Of a stretch of 64,000 nt of DNA, positions 1-13,390 are shown piece after piece. The notes beneath the pieces were generated by a model that worked only from the letters and a program-made list of their open reading frames with translations, did no database searches and was not told the origin of the DNA. Numbering within the stretch: the first letter of the stretch is position 1; every line of letters starts with the position of its first letter. The stretch lies in NCBI GenBank assembly GCA_964188305.1, contig OZ076900.1, one strand, 5' to 3'. A program made the position numbers and the translations under genes. The DNA is from Podarcis bocagei (lineage: Eukaryota).

Positions 1-1667
1 TCTGGTCAAGTTGTATGGAATCAATTTCAATCCGTTACCCCCGAGGATGTGGACAGGCTGCTTGGGCGTGTGAAACCAACCACCTGTCTCCTTGATCCTT
101 GCCCATCCTGGCTAATAAAAGCAAGCCGGAAAGGGCTGGGCAATGGGCTCTGGGGTGGTGAATGCTTCCCTCTGTGAGGGAACATTCCCAGATCCGCTGA
201 AAGAGGCAGTCATTAAACCGCTTCTTAAAAAAACATCTTTAGACCCGGCCAGTATGGCCAACTATCGCCCAATCTCAAATCTTCCATTCTTGGGCAAGGT
301 GATTGAGCGCGTGGTTGCTGAACAACTCCAGGCACGCCTGGAGGATGCGGACCATTAGGATCCCTTCCAATCAGGATTCAGGCCTCATCATGGGACTGAA
401 ACTGCCTTGGTCGCGGTGGTTGATGATCTCCGGTGAGCTAGGGACAAAGGTGAGAGTTGTTTCCTAGTTCTGCTGGATCTCTCAGCAGCCTTTGATACAA
501 TCGACCATAACATCCTTCTGGACCGTCTAGAGGGGCTGGGGGCACTGTTATACAGTGGTTTCGCTCCTTCCTCCTGGGATGTGTTCAGAAAGTGGTGGGG
601 GGGATGAGTGTTCAGACCCCTGGGCTCTCACTTGTGGGGTGCCTCAGGGTTCTGTCCTGTCCCCCATGCTTTTTAACATTTACATGAAGCCGCTGGGAGA
701 GATAATCAGGAGGTTTGGACTGGGTGTCCATCAATATGCAGATGATACCCAGCTCTACCTCTCTTGCAAATCAGAACCAGTAAAGGCGGTGAAGGTCCTG
801 TGTGAGTGCCTGGAGGCGGTTGGAGGATGGATGGCGGCTAATGGATTGAAGTTGAATCTTGACAAGACAGAAGTACTGTTTTTGGGGGACAGGGGGCGGG
901 CTGGTGTGGAGGACTCCCTGGTCCTGAATAGGGTAACTGTGCCCCTGAAGGACCAGGTGCGTAGCCTGGGAGTCATTTTGGACTCACAACTGTCCATGGA
1001 GGTGCAGGTCAATTCTGTATCCGGGGCAGCTGTCTACCAACTCTACCTGGTACGCAGGCTGAGACCCTACCTGCCCGTGGACTGTCTCGCCAGAGTGGTG
1101 CATGCTCTAGTTATCTCCCGCTTGGACTACTGCAATGCGCTCTACGTGGGGCTACCTTTGAAGGTGACTCGGAAACTACAACTAATCCAGAATGCGGCAG
1201 CTAGACTGGTAACTGGGGGCGGCCGCCGAGACCACATAACACCGGTCTCGAAAGACCTACACTGGCTCCCAGTACTTTTCCGAGCACAATTCAAAGTGTT
1301 GGTGTTGACCTTTAAAGCCCTAAATGACCTCAGCCCAGTATACCTGAAGGAGCATCTCCACCCCCATCGTTCTGCCCGGACGCTGAGGTCCAGCGCCAAG
1401 GGCCTTCTGGCCGTTCCCTCATTGCGAGAAGCAAAGCTACAGGGAACCAGGCAGAGGGCCTTCTTGGTAGTGGCGCCTGCCCTGTGGAACGCCCTCCCAT
1501 CAGATGTCAAAGCGATAAATAACTACCTGACATTCATAAGACATCTTAAGGCAGCCCTGTTCAGGGAAGTTTTTAATGTGTGATATTTTAGTGTATTTTT
1601 GGTTTCTATGGAAGCCGCCCAGAGTGCCTTTGGAAGCCCGGCCAGATGGGCGGGGTACAAATAATAA

Positions 1668-1712
<45 letters not shown>

Positions 1713-1720
1713 TATTATTA
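1..1720 (+). mobile_element. L2-clade LINE, 3' part (disrupted reverse transcriptase, 3' UTR, (TAT)n tail)
   Basis: RT motifs NYRPISNLPFLGKVIER, GVPQGSVLSPMLFNIYM and YADDTQLY, and an L2-type C-terminus (WLPV.FRAQFK...LWNALP). In-frame stops at about 356 and 434 plus frameshifts. Tail at 1668-1720. Confidence 0.92.
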
Positions 1721-1728
1721 TCATAGAT

Positions 1729-2054
1729 CAGTGGTCAGCAACCTTTTTCAACTGTGGGCTGGTCCACCGTCTCTCAGACCATGTGGTGGGCCAGACTATA
1801 TTTTGAGGGAAAAATAAAAATGAATGAATTCCTATGCCCCACAAATAACCCAGAGATGCATTTTAAATAATAGCACACATTCTACTCATGTAAAAACACC
1901 AGGCAGGCCCCACAAATAACCCAGAGATGCATTTTAAATAAAAGGACACATTCTACTCATGTAAAAATACGCTGATTCCCGGACCGTCCGTGGGCCGGAT
2001 TGAGAAGGCAATTGGGCCGCATCCAGCCCACGGGCCTTAGGTTGCCTACTGCTG
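1729..2054. mobile_element. hAT (Charlie-like) MITE with an internal 71-bp tandem duplication
   Basis: Imperfect TIRs CAGTGGTCAGCAACCT / AGGTTGCCTACTGCTG. Duplicated unit starts at 1836 and 1907. TSD is degenerate. Confidence 0.75.
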
Positions 2055-3308
2055 ACCTACATGGACCCAAGTAAGTATAAAGTCACAGATATGAGGGATT
2101 GGAAGAGAGTGGTGGGGTTTTTTTCTGATAAAGTTTCCAGGCAGATCATTTCGGCATCTCTCCTTCTGGAAATTAAAAGCTGCATAGATGAACCAACAAC
2201 AACATGGCTAGACATTCATGAAACAGAGGTTGGAAACAGAAAAGGTATTCATTAAAACAATAAATTATCCCACACTTCAGACAGGAAACGTTCCCAGAGC
2301 AGATCCCAAATCACTAAAGAGAGAGAGTGAGAGGGCGTGTGTGAGAGAGCACTTACAATTTCAAAAATACATGACACAAAAAGGAGATGCTTTGGGTGGG
2401 AGGTAAGGGAGGAAATGAGCAAACTCAGGTTCAAACTGTTAGTTTCAAGTTGTTCTAATGACCAGCTGGACTCTTTGGTCACTCTTTGCTAATTGGTTGG
2501 TCATTCTGAAAGTGAGAAGCTGCATTTTCTTGAACTCATACCATGACAACAAGCGATTCCCTGCCAGTTCAAGACAGGTCACAGGCAGAACTCCTCAATA
2601 TATTTTAATTGTCTGTAGAGTCATGCCTGGATTTTTAATACTCTGGCCCACACCTTTGAACATCACACATGCATCAATGCAGAGCATTTCCTTGCATGTT
2701 TAGTCAGAGATAAGTATCACTGTGCTCAATCAAGTTTCACAAACAGGAACCATGGGGCTTACTCCCATATATGTGGGGATAGGACCACTGCCTTAGATCA
2801 TTCATAGCAACTGAAAAACGAGCATGAAAGCAGCAATCCTCTATAGGACACTGCCAGGCAAGTTTTTATTGGGGAAGCTTTTTTGATGATAGTTGGTGGG
2901 GGTTTTTTTGCAGCATCCATACAACTTCATTGGAATCAGAATGCCTGCCCATATTGCTTTCTCTGTTTAGTCTGGATTTATCTTTCCTCTGGAGAATGTA
3001 AGTACACAAACAAACAAACCTCTGTGGTCAACAATGTACCTGCAATATCTCAATGACTTATTTGCAATTACCTGTTCAAGGAGGCTATTAGCTTCAGTAG
3101 CCATGTTTTACCTCCAGCTGCGAGAATCACAAGTGGGGAGAGTGTTCTTGCACTCACATCCTACTTGTTTGCTTCTCATAAGCATCAGGTTAGCCATGGT
3201 GAGAACAAGAGATTTTTTTTATTGTGTTCTTAAACTAAACCTCATATGGAAGCACCAATACATTTATGTGAAAGCAAGTCCACTGAACACAAAGGGGCTT
3301 ACTTCTTC

Positions 3309-3410
3309 TATTCCATTTACTGGTTAATATGTCAAGTTTATAGCCCAGACCAAGGTGAGGTACCTACCATATGTCTGATTATTTCCCCATATTAACCAGT
3401 AAATGGAATA
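3309..3410. repeat. Perfect 23-bp inverted repeat with a 56-bp spacer
   Basis: TATTCCATTTACTGGTTAATATG (3309-3331) is the exact reverse complement of CATATTAACCAGTAAATGGAATA (3388-3410). Confidence 0.95.
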
Positions 3411-3989
3411 TGGACATGCTGAGGGGGGTGGGGCTGGAGAGAGAATCCTTTTCCTTAACTTGCTAAGTTTTCTATTTGCAGAGTGTTATTTTCAATATGT
3501 GAAAACATGCAGAAAATCACCTTTGCTCTAGCTTACTGTCAGATTTAATATAAAAATAAGGGAAGCATCATTTTTGCCTTGAGCTCACAAACCTATTCTC
3601 TTTGGTTTTTTCAAAAAACAAAACAAAAGCAACAGCCCACATTACTTATTCTATTCTTAAAAAAAACAACCATGCAGAGTTCAGCATTTTAGCAGGACAT
3701 TCCTTGTCAAAGGAATATTTAACAATTTGTCTTCACTGGATATGAGGGCAATTTGTGTCTAGCAGCGGCTAGTGCCCATTGGGTGAAAGGCAAAGACGCC
3801 ACCAGTAGGTGGTACCAGAAGCCATGACAGGTAGGGTCAACTCATTCTACATTTGTCTCCATCCTTCTCCATGGTGAATTTTACAAGGCTGACACTGAGA
3901 CTGAGAAAGAGGAAGCTGACAGGCAATGTGACCCTCTTGACTGTCTGTAAGTAAAAAAGCAGAGCAGGTGAGGTTGTGTTAGAACAAAA

Positions 3990-4140
3990 GATGCTGTCTT
4001 ATCCTGAATCAGACCATTGCTCCATCTAGCTCAGTGTTGTCTACAGTGATTGGCAGTGTCTCTCCAGAATTTCAGAGGAGGGGCATTCCCAGCCCTACCT
4101 GGAGATGATGGGGCTTGAACCTGGACCTTGAGCTACAGCC
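3990..4140 (-). mobile_element. tRNA-derived ~190-bp SINE (Squam2-like), degenerate
   Basis: Reverse complement resembles ...CCAGGTTCAAGCCCC..CATCTCCAGGTAGGGCTGGG...GAGCTAGATGGA..AATGGTCTGA. Related copies at about 4788-4880(+), 30040-30200(-), 34460-34610(-), 35366-35490(+), 37010-37160(-), 44225-44420(+), 48520-48630(-), 51240-51440(-) and 60060-60550(-). Confidence 0.65.
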
Positions 4141-6849
4141 TAATAAACTGGCCTCCACTGCCCGTGGGAGTTTTGCCAAAATCTAAAATGGAGGTTTAAG
4201 GATCACGGTGGATTAAAAAGCAACAGAAGATACAAGAACCCACCATGCTATTAATAGTAGTTTTTTGTGGGATGTTGCAACACGAACTAAAGTTTTTATT
4301 TCAGGAATTTATGCTTAAATGCTAACCACTGAGAGTTATCCTTGTTATTTTGCTGGGTATTGTGGTAATTAGAAGGGCTTGCAATTAGGAACTCGGCCAA
4401 ATTTCAGGTAAGCAGGCAAGCTGATTAGGGTTTTAATAGCTCCGTTGCAGCTAGGCCAGATTGTGGCAGAAAGCTGGAGCCAGGGGTTGCACAGCTACAC
4501 CTAATTTTCCATTCCGTTCAAGTAAAACTTCCTTGCTGTCAAGCCAGCAAGCAGGTTTCATTAATTCCCAAGGTCTTAAAAAGGAGGACAACCGGGCAAT
4601 TGGTGTGTGTTTTTAAATTTTGTTTTGTTTTTTAAGGAGAGAGGACAGTATGCAGGTTAATGTCTTCCCTAACACACAAAGCTAGCTCAATATGTTGAAG
4701 ACGAGTGTCAGCCCAAACTGGAGCCTGGCAGCAGCAGATTTCAGTGTCTGGTCACCATTGGGTGGATATTGTGGTGGGTTTGGGGGAAGGGCCATAGCCC
4801 AATGGCAGAGAATCTGCCTTGCAAGCAGAGGGTCCAAGGTTCAATCCCCAACATCTTCAAGTAGAGCTGGGAAACATTTAACTGTTTTAAATGTATATTT
4901 AAGAAAAGGCCTCAGGGACAGTTGTACAAAGCGCCTTTCTTTTTCTGGGTGTGTGTGTGGGTATGAGTGCGTAAAAGGGAAGTCACAGAAATTATCTCAG
5001 AAAAAAAAGTGTTCTGAGAGTTTTATACTATTCATTCGTTCGTTTGTTTTTCTCAAATGGAAAGGGGGGGGGGGAGCTGAAATTCTCCTAGTTTTGTTCC
5101 ACTAGGCCAGACAAAATTTCTGACAGGTCAAATGCTGCCTATTGCTTGTTTCCCTCCCTCTTGGATGTTTTATTATTTTTGTTGTTGCCCCAACTGCATT
5201 GTACACCATATGCTGGATCAATACTTTAAATAATAAGCAAACAGTTAAACAAGAATTTTATAGCATAAGGGAAGGAAAAAATGAGAAAGAAAATAAAATC
5301 AATTGGCAGTGTAAGGCACCTGCTAGACTAATATACAACTGTAGGCTTATATCCATTAAAAGAATACTTAGAAGAATGCTGTGTGTCGCATTCATGGATC
5401 AATTCTGGAATATCTATTGCAAGGGGCCATTTCCAGAGGGAGCTATCATTTAACTTCACAGCTCCAAAGCAGCTGTTGGGCTCTAGTTTATGAAATGCAA
5501 CCTTGCTTAATGGCTTCTTTGCTGATGAACAGAAATTAAGACCTCTTTATGAAAGAAAAAAAGTGTGTTATTTCATCATGAAGTCATTGAACAAGGAGAA
5601 GGACCAGTAATCTAGGAGTTGTAGTCAAAGCTAGTCCTACCCAGAGTAGACCCACTGAAATCAATTGACATGGTTAACTTAGGGCAATTAATTTCTGTTG
5701 GTCAGCTGACCAGCTCTTACAATCCATGGTTATTTTTCCAACAGATACTGCCAGCTATAATAATTTTGTAATATTGTTCTTCCACACTAAGCATCTATGA
5801 GAGCAGGGTGGGAGGAGAGAACCTGTGGCTTTTCTGATGCTGTTGGGTCCGCAAAGAATCCTGGGATGTTATGGATGCTGATAATTATATGGATGCACCG
5901 GGCGCAACATCTGGGGGTTAGGGTTAGGGGGCGCAAATCCATGGGTTAGGGGGCACAAATTACTTGCCTTGCCCCGGGTGCTGACAACCCACGCTACGCC
6001 ACTGGGCTAAACTACAGTCCTCAGGATTCTTTGAGGGAAAACAATAACTGTGGTATAAATGTGCACATGTATGGTGTTTGATGTAACCTTGGACTCTCAG
6101 CTCCCATCGCCCACAGCCGGCATGACTAACAATCAGGGGTGAAGGGACCTGTAGTCCAGCAACATCAAGAGGGCAACGGGTTCCCCAGCTCTGCACTAGA
6201 ATCGGAAGAAATCTGTCAAATCTGCAGGCTCTAACAATGTATATCAAAAATAACCCCCTCACACATTTAGTCCAGAAAAGACCAGAAAGCAAAAAAAAAA
6301 GAAAAAAGAAAAAAAGGGGGTGGAGGGAAAAAAGACACAAGAAGCAATATTTGTGATTGCATGTCTATCCCTAGTGGAGGACAAAGGTTCAGTCTTTTGT
6401 GGGAATTGACCCATGAGTCTTTCCAAAGGTGCAGGGGGGATGATCCAGATGCTGTATCAATTTTAGCCCTCAAAAGGGCCCTTCTTCTTCTTCAACATAA
6501 TAACACAGGACAATTCAAAACCAAAAAACCAAAAACCAAACACATTCACAGGAAAAGAAAAAGATTTCTCAATGTAAATTATGCATAATCAGTATTTATC
6601 GAGCTCAGTTAATTGACACATAACAAAAGAGATGTCTGGTGCACTGCTGAGTAATGCGCACACCAGAAACAGGGAGGGAAACTGAACAATGAGTATTTGA
6701 TTGCACAGAGAAGGAGTCATTGCTGCTTTCAAAATGCATTTTGCATTTTCAGAAGAGGCAGAGGTCAAAATCTGATGGCTTGGGCGGACATGCGCAGAGC
6801 AGGATTCAAATCCCAGTTCAGACAAGATGTTCAGTGGTTGGCCTTAGGA

Positions 6850-6852
<3 letters not shown>

Positions 6853-6907
<55 letters not shown>
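6853..6907. repeat. (CT)n microsatellite
   Basis: Seen directly. Confidence 0.98.
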
Positions 6908-6911
<4 letters not shown>

Positions 6912-9900
6912 CACTGAACCCAAATTGCTACTGTGATCAGAGAGGTATGCAAGCAACTATAATGTAGTCAGTAGATAGTTGGTCTTGGACTACAGTTCAT
7001 ATCTCTGTTCATTCAGTCATTCTCTATCACCCTATGTTACTTCACAGGACATTGGGAAAAATCTAAGTACACCAACTTGAGTTACAGGATGGAAGGATAG
7101 AGCTTAGCTTGGTGTGGCAACACCCTTGGGGAATTTCTGGAAAGATTAACTGGAAAGAGTTTTCTGGGCCTTTTGCTTTCAAGTCGGCTTCACGATCTAG
7201 GGCACAGGAGGGGAACACGTGGTGCAAGGATTAGGATTGATTTAAATTCAGCACAGATTTCAAAACCCACTTGCATCACATCCACTTGGGAGTTCCTGAT
7301 CAGAGCTCCCAGAAAGGGTGGAGCCAAGGCTTGCAATCAGAGCTGAATTTGCTGAAAGCAAGATCTGCTTTCAGCAGGAATATTGTCAGCTGTAGCCTGA
7401 ATTCAGTCCAGGGCAGCAAAGGCGGAATCAGGAATGTGTTGCGTATACTCCCAATTCTTCTTTTGAATTCTGACACCTGACATCATAGGATGTCTTGTGA
7501 TTGATAGGTGAGAGGCTCTGCCCTGCATAGAGTCAGTTCTGTATCTGTTCCCCACCCCTGCAAAAACAAAAACAAAACATATTTATGCTGTTTTTATGCT
7601 GATATTTCCTCTTTGTTTTTGGGTGGCTCCACTTTGCATGTAATTTTATTGGCACTTCACAATGGACTTTGCTACTAAAGGGAGTGACCTTGTATTTGGG
7701 ATAGGTGGATGTCTTACTTTTCAGAGCAGAAGTGTTGATAAGTACATGAAAAATAATACTGCAATAAAACCAGTCTTCCTTTTAGTGCAAAAAGGTATTC
7801 CATGCAGATGGCCCAAATGACAAATTCGAGCTTACCTTTTCCTCTTTGAACTTGGCAAATATATAGAGGTTATTTTGCCCCAAACAGAATTACAAGCTGG
7901 TTGGACAGTTTTATTATTGATGCATCCTTGGCATCCTTCAAGTACCCATGCTTGGCAAAGTGGGATAATACAGTTTCACAGGCGGATTCAACAGATTAAG
8001 TAAAGTGACTCTTCAAAAATGAGGAGTGATAAGAGACCTCATTTTCCAAGGAGTAGCAGTTCAAAGAACAGAAAGAGAGTGGGTTTTGTTACAGCTATTG
8101 TCAACTTTTTCATCTCCATGAACAAATCCATGCTTCCACAGTCAGTGTTGTTATCACTCAGTACAAACCTTACCTTGGACAACAATGGCATTGGAAACAA
8201 TGAACACAACTGAGCATCATTTTTAAAAAGCGATTGTGAAAGAGACTGAATTGAATTCATTCTGATTGTAAGGAATGATAGATTCAGTTATATTCTAGCC
8301 TCCTTAGGTCCCATCAACAGCAAGGAAGAGACACTGGATACTGCAAAACTTATATTTGGACATTGTTGGACTGGTATTGCACAGTAAGTACTGGCCGGTA
8401 GGATCAGACCCGGGAAAACTGGAGCAGACAGATAGAACTTGAGCAGGATTTAAGACTACAGCTCCCACAACGTAAGAGCCCTCCCAAAATTATGTTTGCT
8501 GAGACAGCAAGTGGGTGGGCAGTATAGGGTGTGGGGATGGGGGTGGAGAATAGATGAAGGACTGAATACTTCACATACATAGACACGACTTCTGCAAATA
8601 TCCCCAAGCCATTTCCTTCCACACTTGCTCCACAATAAGTAGCCAGCCTCAGTTGGGGGAGGTGAGTTAAACACAGCCTGAATAACTTCTATACAGTACT
8701 GATGAGGGACAAGTGAAATATAATCTCTAATTATATACTGGTTGTTCCAGAAGTAGCCTTTTCCCAGGACTGGACTGGAATTTCCAGGACTGGAATTCAG
8801 AGGAGGAGGGCAAGATAAATGTTTATAATATTCATTTTATTTTATTTTAAAAGATTGTGCTGCCTACATCATTGAACAAAAGGCTCCAGAACAAGACTGG
8901 CACTCTGGCATAGGTCTGCTAGGGCCATGCATGCTGCATGGCATCCACAGCCCCGGACACCCAGAATTGCAAGGCAAAGTAGGCACTCCCTGTGGCACCT
9001 TAGATGCTGCTGGATTTCAGCTCCCAGCATTTCCAGTAGTCAGTGAAGTTGGGAGGAGTAAAGAAAATCTGCACGGTCACAGGTTTCCCACTGTTTCCTT
9101 TGAATAGGAGGTGAAAGGATGTCCCTGATTATTAACAGCAAGGAAAGCAATCAGGAAGAATGCAATCAGAAGGCAATCAGTTCTCTCAAGAATGTAATCA
9201 AGCCAATATTGCAAGAAGCCTTTGTAGCTCTATAATGCAGTTCATCCAGTGTGTGTGCGCGCACACACATGCATACACTGCCACCAAGCTATGACATTAG
9301 CCCAGGCCTTGTTTTGCTTAGATGTGGCAAGATCATTTTGCCCTTCTAAACTTTCTGTTTAGTTAGCAACATGTTTAAGGTGACATAATTGAAGTGAAGA
9401 GAATCACAATCTGTACAGAGCACAGATCACAAACAGAAGTTTGGTGCAGTTAGCATGCTGCTGCTAATACTACCTTCTAAACCAGGGTAATATTATATTT
9501 TTCAGTCCAAGGAACACATTTCCATCTGGGCAACCCTCCAGGGGCCACATGCCAGTGGTGGGTGGGGCCAGAGTCAAATGTGGGCAGAACAAATGTTATT
9601 GTTACTCCTGTACAGTAGGCTAGTTTCCTCCCTGCCTCCTTATTCTCCATATAGGCCTTCAAGAGACATTATTAGAGGATACATTCCAGCAAAGCAAAAA
9701 GCACTCACAGGAGTTGAGAAGCAAGTCTGGGGAGGACTGTGGCCTGGAAAGGGCTGGGAAGGTTCCCACCCTTGTGTTAAACATTTATGCAGGGCACTTT
9801 CAGTGGTGGCACCCCAGCCCTCGAATCTCCACCTTTCTGAGATATGGGTTGCACCAATTCCTATGAGCTTTCTGTGCCAGCTGAAGTTATTTGTCCAGCT

Positions 9901-11557
9901 TTTTTTCTAGCTATTAGTGCCTGGACAGCTATTAGTGCCTGGACCTGATTTGATTGCTTGATGGAAGATGATGGCAAATGTGTATATTTTAGCTTTCCTT
10001 GCCAGATGCCCGAAGCTGTTGTTTCACTTTAAATGTACCCTGACCTGGGATTGTCTCCTTGACAATGAAGGGCACATTAACATTATTTAAAATGTTTGAA
10101 AGTTCACTGGAGTTTGCTGTTTTTCCAGCCTTAAATCCCGTTCTCAACATTTCCACACAAGTATGTCCACACGACAATTCATCCGCATTTCAACAGAAAT
10201 TTCTTCTAATGTACCCATTTTGTACGTAATTTTGCTCGATACACACATTTCTGCAAAGCAGTGTACCCTAATGTAATGGACTTTTGCATGCTTTTCTCAC
10301 TAACGTATGCATTTTCATCCACATTTTACTGTAGTGTGCTGATTCCTGTACACATTACTTGCCTGAAGAACAGCATTGCAAAATTGAGAGGACAGCAAAT
10401 TTCAGAGGGTGGTTGTGTGTTGGCTTGTGTACTGTTTCAGAAAGTGCAGGTCAGACAGATTTGCCTTAAAATGTGCCATGACTTGAATTTCTCCCACATA
10501 TTAGATTTCTGTTATCTTAAATAATATATTGTGGGTGTGGTAGTATAGCATGGAGGACACTTCCACCCATACGACATGATAAGATTAGCAAAATTTGCGC
10601 AAAACTCAAAGAGAAAGAGACCAAAGAGAAAAATGCTTTTATGGGTCCATGGCAAACATCTGCTCTTCCTCCCTTGCATTCCTAGTGACATCTGTCTCTT
10701 TACTTAGAAATGCTAAAAGGTACTGAATGTGCTCACATGCACAGCAGCGTATTATTTATTTAGGCCAAATTCTGTCTCTCGCCCACCTTCACGACATCTG
10801 CCTCATCCTAGATTTTTTTCCCCCCACTAGCACTTTGCACGTGTCTGGAAATGTGATTTTATTTTTATTTTTTTTAGGAAAAACAAATTAGGTCACCGTC
10901 TCTGCCCCATGAACTTTCACTTTTTCAACTCTACTGCTGTCAACTGTCCCAAAGTTGTGCTTCATCCCTGGGGTGGGTGCATTCTTTCAATGACTCTCTC
11001 CTTAAAATGCTTTAGATGGCAATGCATATTACTTCGGTTGTTTAAAATTGCCGGAAGCCAGCATGGCTGTATTTGACAGCCCTCCTACCCGTTCTAGAGG
11101 GTGAAACCTTGGATCTCTGTCCCAAAGTGTTGGTCTGATGGCACCACTGCACCTTCAACATGTTACAGACTAAAATAATGAGATGTTCTAGGCCAATATT
11201 TGAGGATCTAGGCCAACCAGAGATACCTGAGCACCCCCTTTGCTCAGATTCTTCTGCTTTACTGAAGGTTCTGCTCACATCTTTTATATGTGGTGCTCAT
11301 CTTCCATTGGGTCTAAACTCCAAGCTATTTCAAAAGCCCACTGGGCCAGTAATGCAGTGTGTGTGTGTGTGTGCGCACGCGCGCACGAGCGCACGCACGC
11401 ACACATGGAATGAAACACTAACATCATTATGTCCTACACGGGTATGGACATCGAAGGTAGATTCGCACCTGACAAAGTGATATGCAAAGGCTGTATACAA
11501 CTGAGTCATACTCACAGAAGACCCACTGAGATTAAAGAATCAGAGTTAGCCATGCCC

Positions 11558-11829
11558 CAGTGGCAGAGGAACCCTCTCCAGCACCCGGGGCGGGGCAGCC
11601 CGTACAGAGTGCGCATGTGCGACATCCCGTACGAAGTGCGCATGCGCTGCAGCCCGTATGGTTGCTGTGCGAGAGGCAGCCCATACGGACGCCACATGAG
11701 TGGCACCCATATGGACTGCACATGCCCTCGGTTGCTCTACAGCTGGGGGGAGGCAGGTGCCATCTTGTCACCCCCTAAGTGGCACACGGGGCAGACCACC
11801 CCCTCCGCCCCCCACTTGGTACACCCCTG
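11558..11829. mobile_element. hAT (Tip100-like) MITE, 272 bp
   Basis: 8-bp TSD CCATGCCC at 11550-11557 and 11830-11837. Termini CAGTGGC.../...ACACCCCTG. Confidence 0.8.
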
Positions 11830-12518
11830 CCATGCCCTACTCTGAGTAGGACTAGCATCAACTGCAAACCATATAAAACTATTGAGAGTTCACTAGGAAT
11901 AGATTCACCAATAGAAATATTCACAATCACTGCTACACCTGTCTCCTAAAGGGTGCCTATGAAACTCATATTTCTACCATGGTGGAATTCCTGAGTAGCA
12001 ATTTTAGCTAGCTTCATATCAGCTTCATGTTGCTTCTAGAGGAATGGAAGCCTTTAAAAAAGAATCTGCAATGAGGCTGTGTTTGGTGGGGGGTTAAAAA
12101 TAACCTTTGGACCAGGCACAGCACATGATCCCATTGTTGTTGGGCAGCTGCCAATGCCAAAGCATCAGCAGGGTGCCCACAGCTCACCAGAATGGACCTC
12201 TGCTCCTGCTGCTACCTCACCTATTGGTAGAGGGAGAGCACCTGTGAAAAGGGGAAGCAGCAGTTTCAGCCTGTTCCAATCTCTTGCCTTGTCTCCTCTA
12301 AGTGGCAATAGAAATTGGGCTCAGCAAGTGGGTGATGGGACCCAAATATAGTACGCTGCCCAATGTCCTCCTACCTCAGCCTAAAGGTGGCACTTCTTTG
12401 GAGCAAATTCACTAATCAGCAACTAATTGGTGCGAAAGAACCTACCCTGGCCTGTACCCAAATGTGTAAAATATCTGCACCAAAGTTTGATGGTCTGAAA
12501 GCAGCCTTTGACTGCATC

Positions 12519-13100
12519 CAGGGACGCGGACTTATAAAAAATATTGGGGGGGCCCGGGAAAGCTCATGAATAATAAATAAGCTCATGAATATGCAAATAA
12601 AGTGGCACCGCCTCCTCATGAGTGAATAGGGGAGAGCGTGCTGCGCCTATTAATCAGCTCCGGAACAGCTGATATGCGGGAAACGAGGGGCTAGCCGGAG
12701 AAGAGAGGGCGAGCCCCCTCTGCTCCGGCCCTAAATAGGGCAAGCCACACACCCCCAGCCAGCCGATTGGTACCCGGTCGTTCTCGCGGGGGCTGAAACC
12801 GCCAGGAGGAAGGAAATTCCCCCCGGCAGTGCCTTGGCAGTGGCGGTGGTGCTGCGAAGCAGCGAGGCAGGAGCCCCCGCCCCCGGGGATTCCCTAATCT
12901 CGCGGGGGACGGCCGGGGCTCTCCGACTAGGGCGCGCGGCTGGCTGGCTGGCTGGCGAGGGAGCAGGTGGGGAGGAGGCGGGGGACGGCGGTGGCGCTCT
13001 GCTGGAAGGGCGCCCGAGATTATTGGGGGGGCTGAGCCCCCCCAAAAATTTTTTTGAGGGGGCTCGAGCCCCCTCAGGCCCCATGGAGTCGGCGCCTATG
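12519..13100. mobile_element. Young CpG-rich hAT (Tip100-like) MITE, 582 bp
   Basis: Perfect 8-bp TSD ACTGCATC (12511-12518, 13101-13108). Imperfect TIRs CAGGGACGCGGACT vs CATAGGCGCCGACT (reverse complement of the right end). Confidence 0.85.
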
Positions 13101-13139
13101 ACTGCATCCCAGCTTCATGTTTGAGCATGGCCACCACCA

Positions 13140-13390
13140 ACCTGAGCAGATTTTAAAGAGAGTTAGACAAACTCATGGAGCAGAAGGCTACCAGTGTCTA
13201 GTAGCCACAATGCCTATGCTGGTCCTCCACTGTCCAAGCTTGTACACCTCTTAAGACCAGCTGCTGGAAATCACAAATAGGGAGACTGCTCTTGCATTCT
13301 GTCCTGCTTTGGGACTTGTTGTGACTAGCATCTGGTTGGCTACAGTGAACACAGACTGCTGATAGGGCTGCATTCCATCTTCCTGATATT
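13140..13390 (+). mobile_element. Old CR1 3'-end fragment
   Basis: ...TTTTAAAGAGAGTTAGACAAACTCATGGAG... followed by a CR1-type 3' UTR; homologous to the reverse complement of 25680-25950. Confidence 0.6.

Noticed and set aside
555-1583. 342-aa RT ORF as an active or domesticated gene
   Set aside because: Upstream stops and frameshifts, and the N-terminus is out of frame; a decayed L2 copy.
8404-8432. Minus-strand TCTGCTCCAGTTTTCCCGGGT resembling the start of GRIA3 exon 3 (CSQFSRG)
   Set aside because: Needs a 1-nt insertion, has no AG acceptor, hits a stop immediately and shows no downstream similarity; a chance match.
9909-9944. 18-bp direct duplication AGCTATTAGTGCCTGGAC
   Set aside because: Simple local slippage or repair duplication with no further structure.
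12731-13124. Pro/Gly/Ala-rich ORFs
   Set aside because: By-product of high GC within a TSD-bounded MITE.
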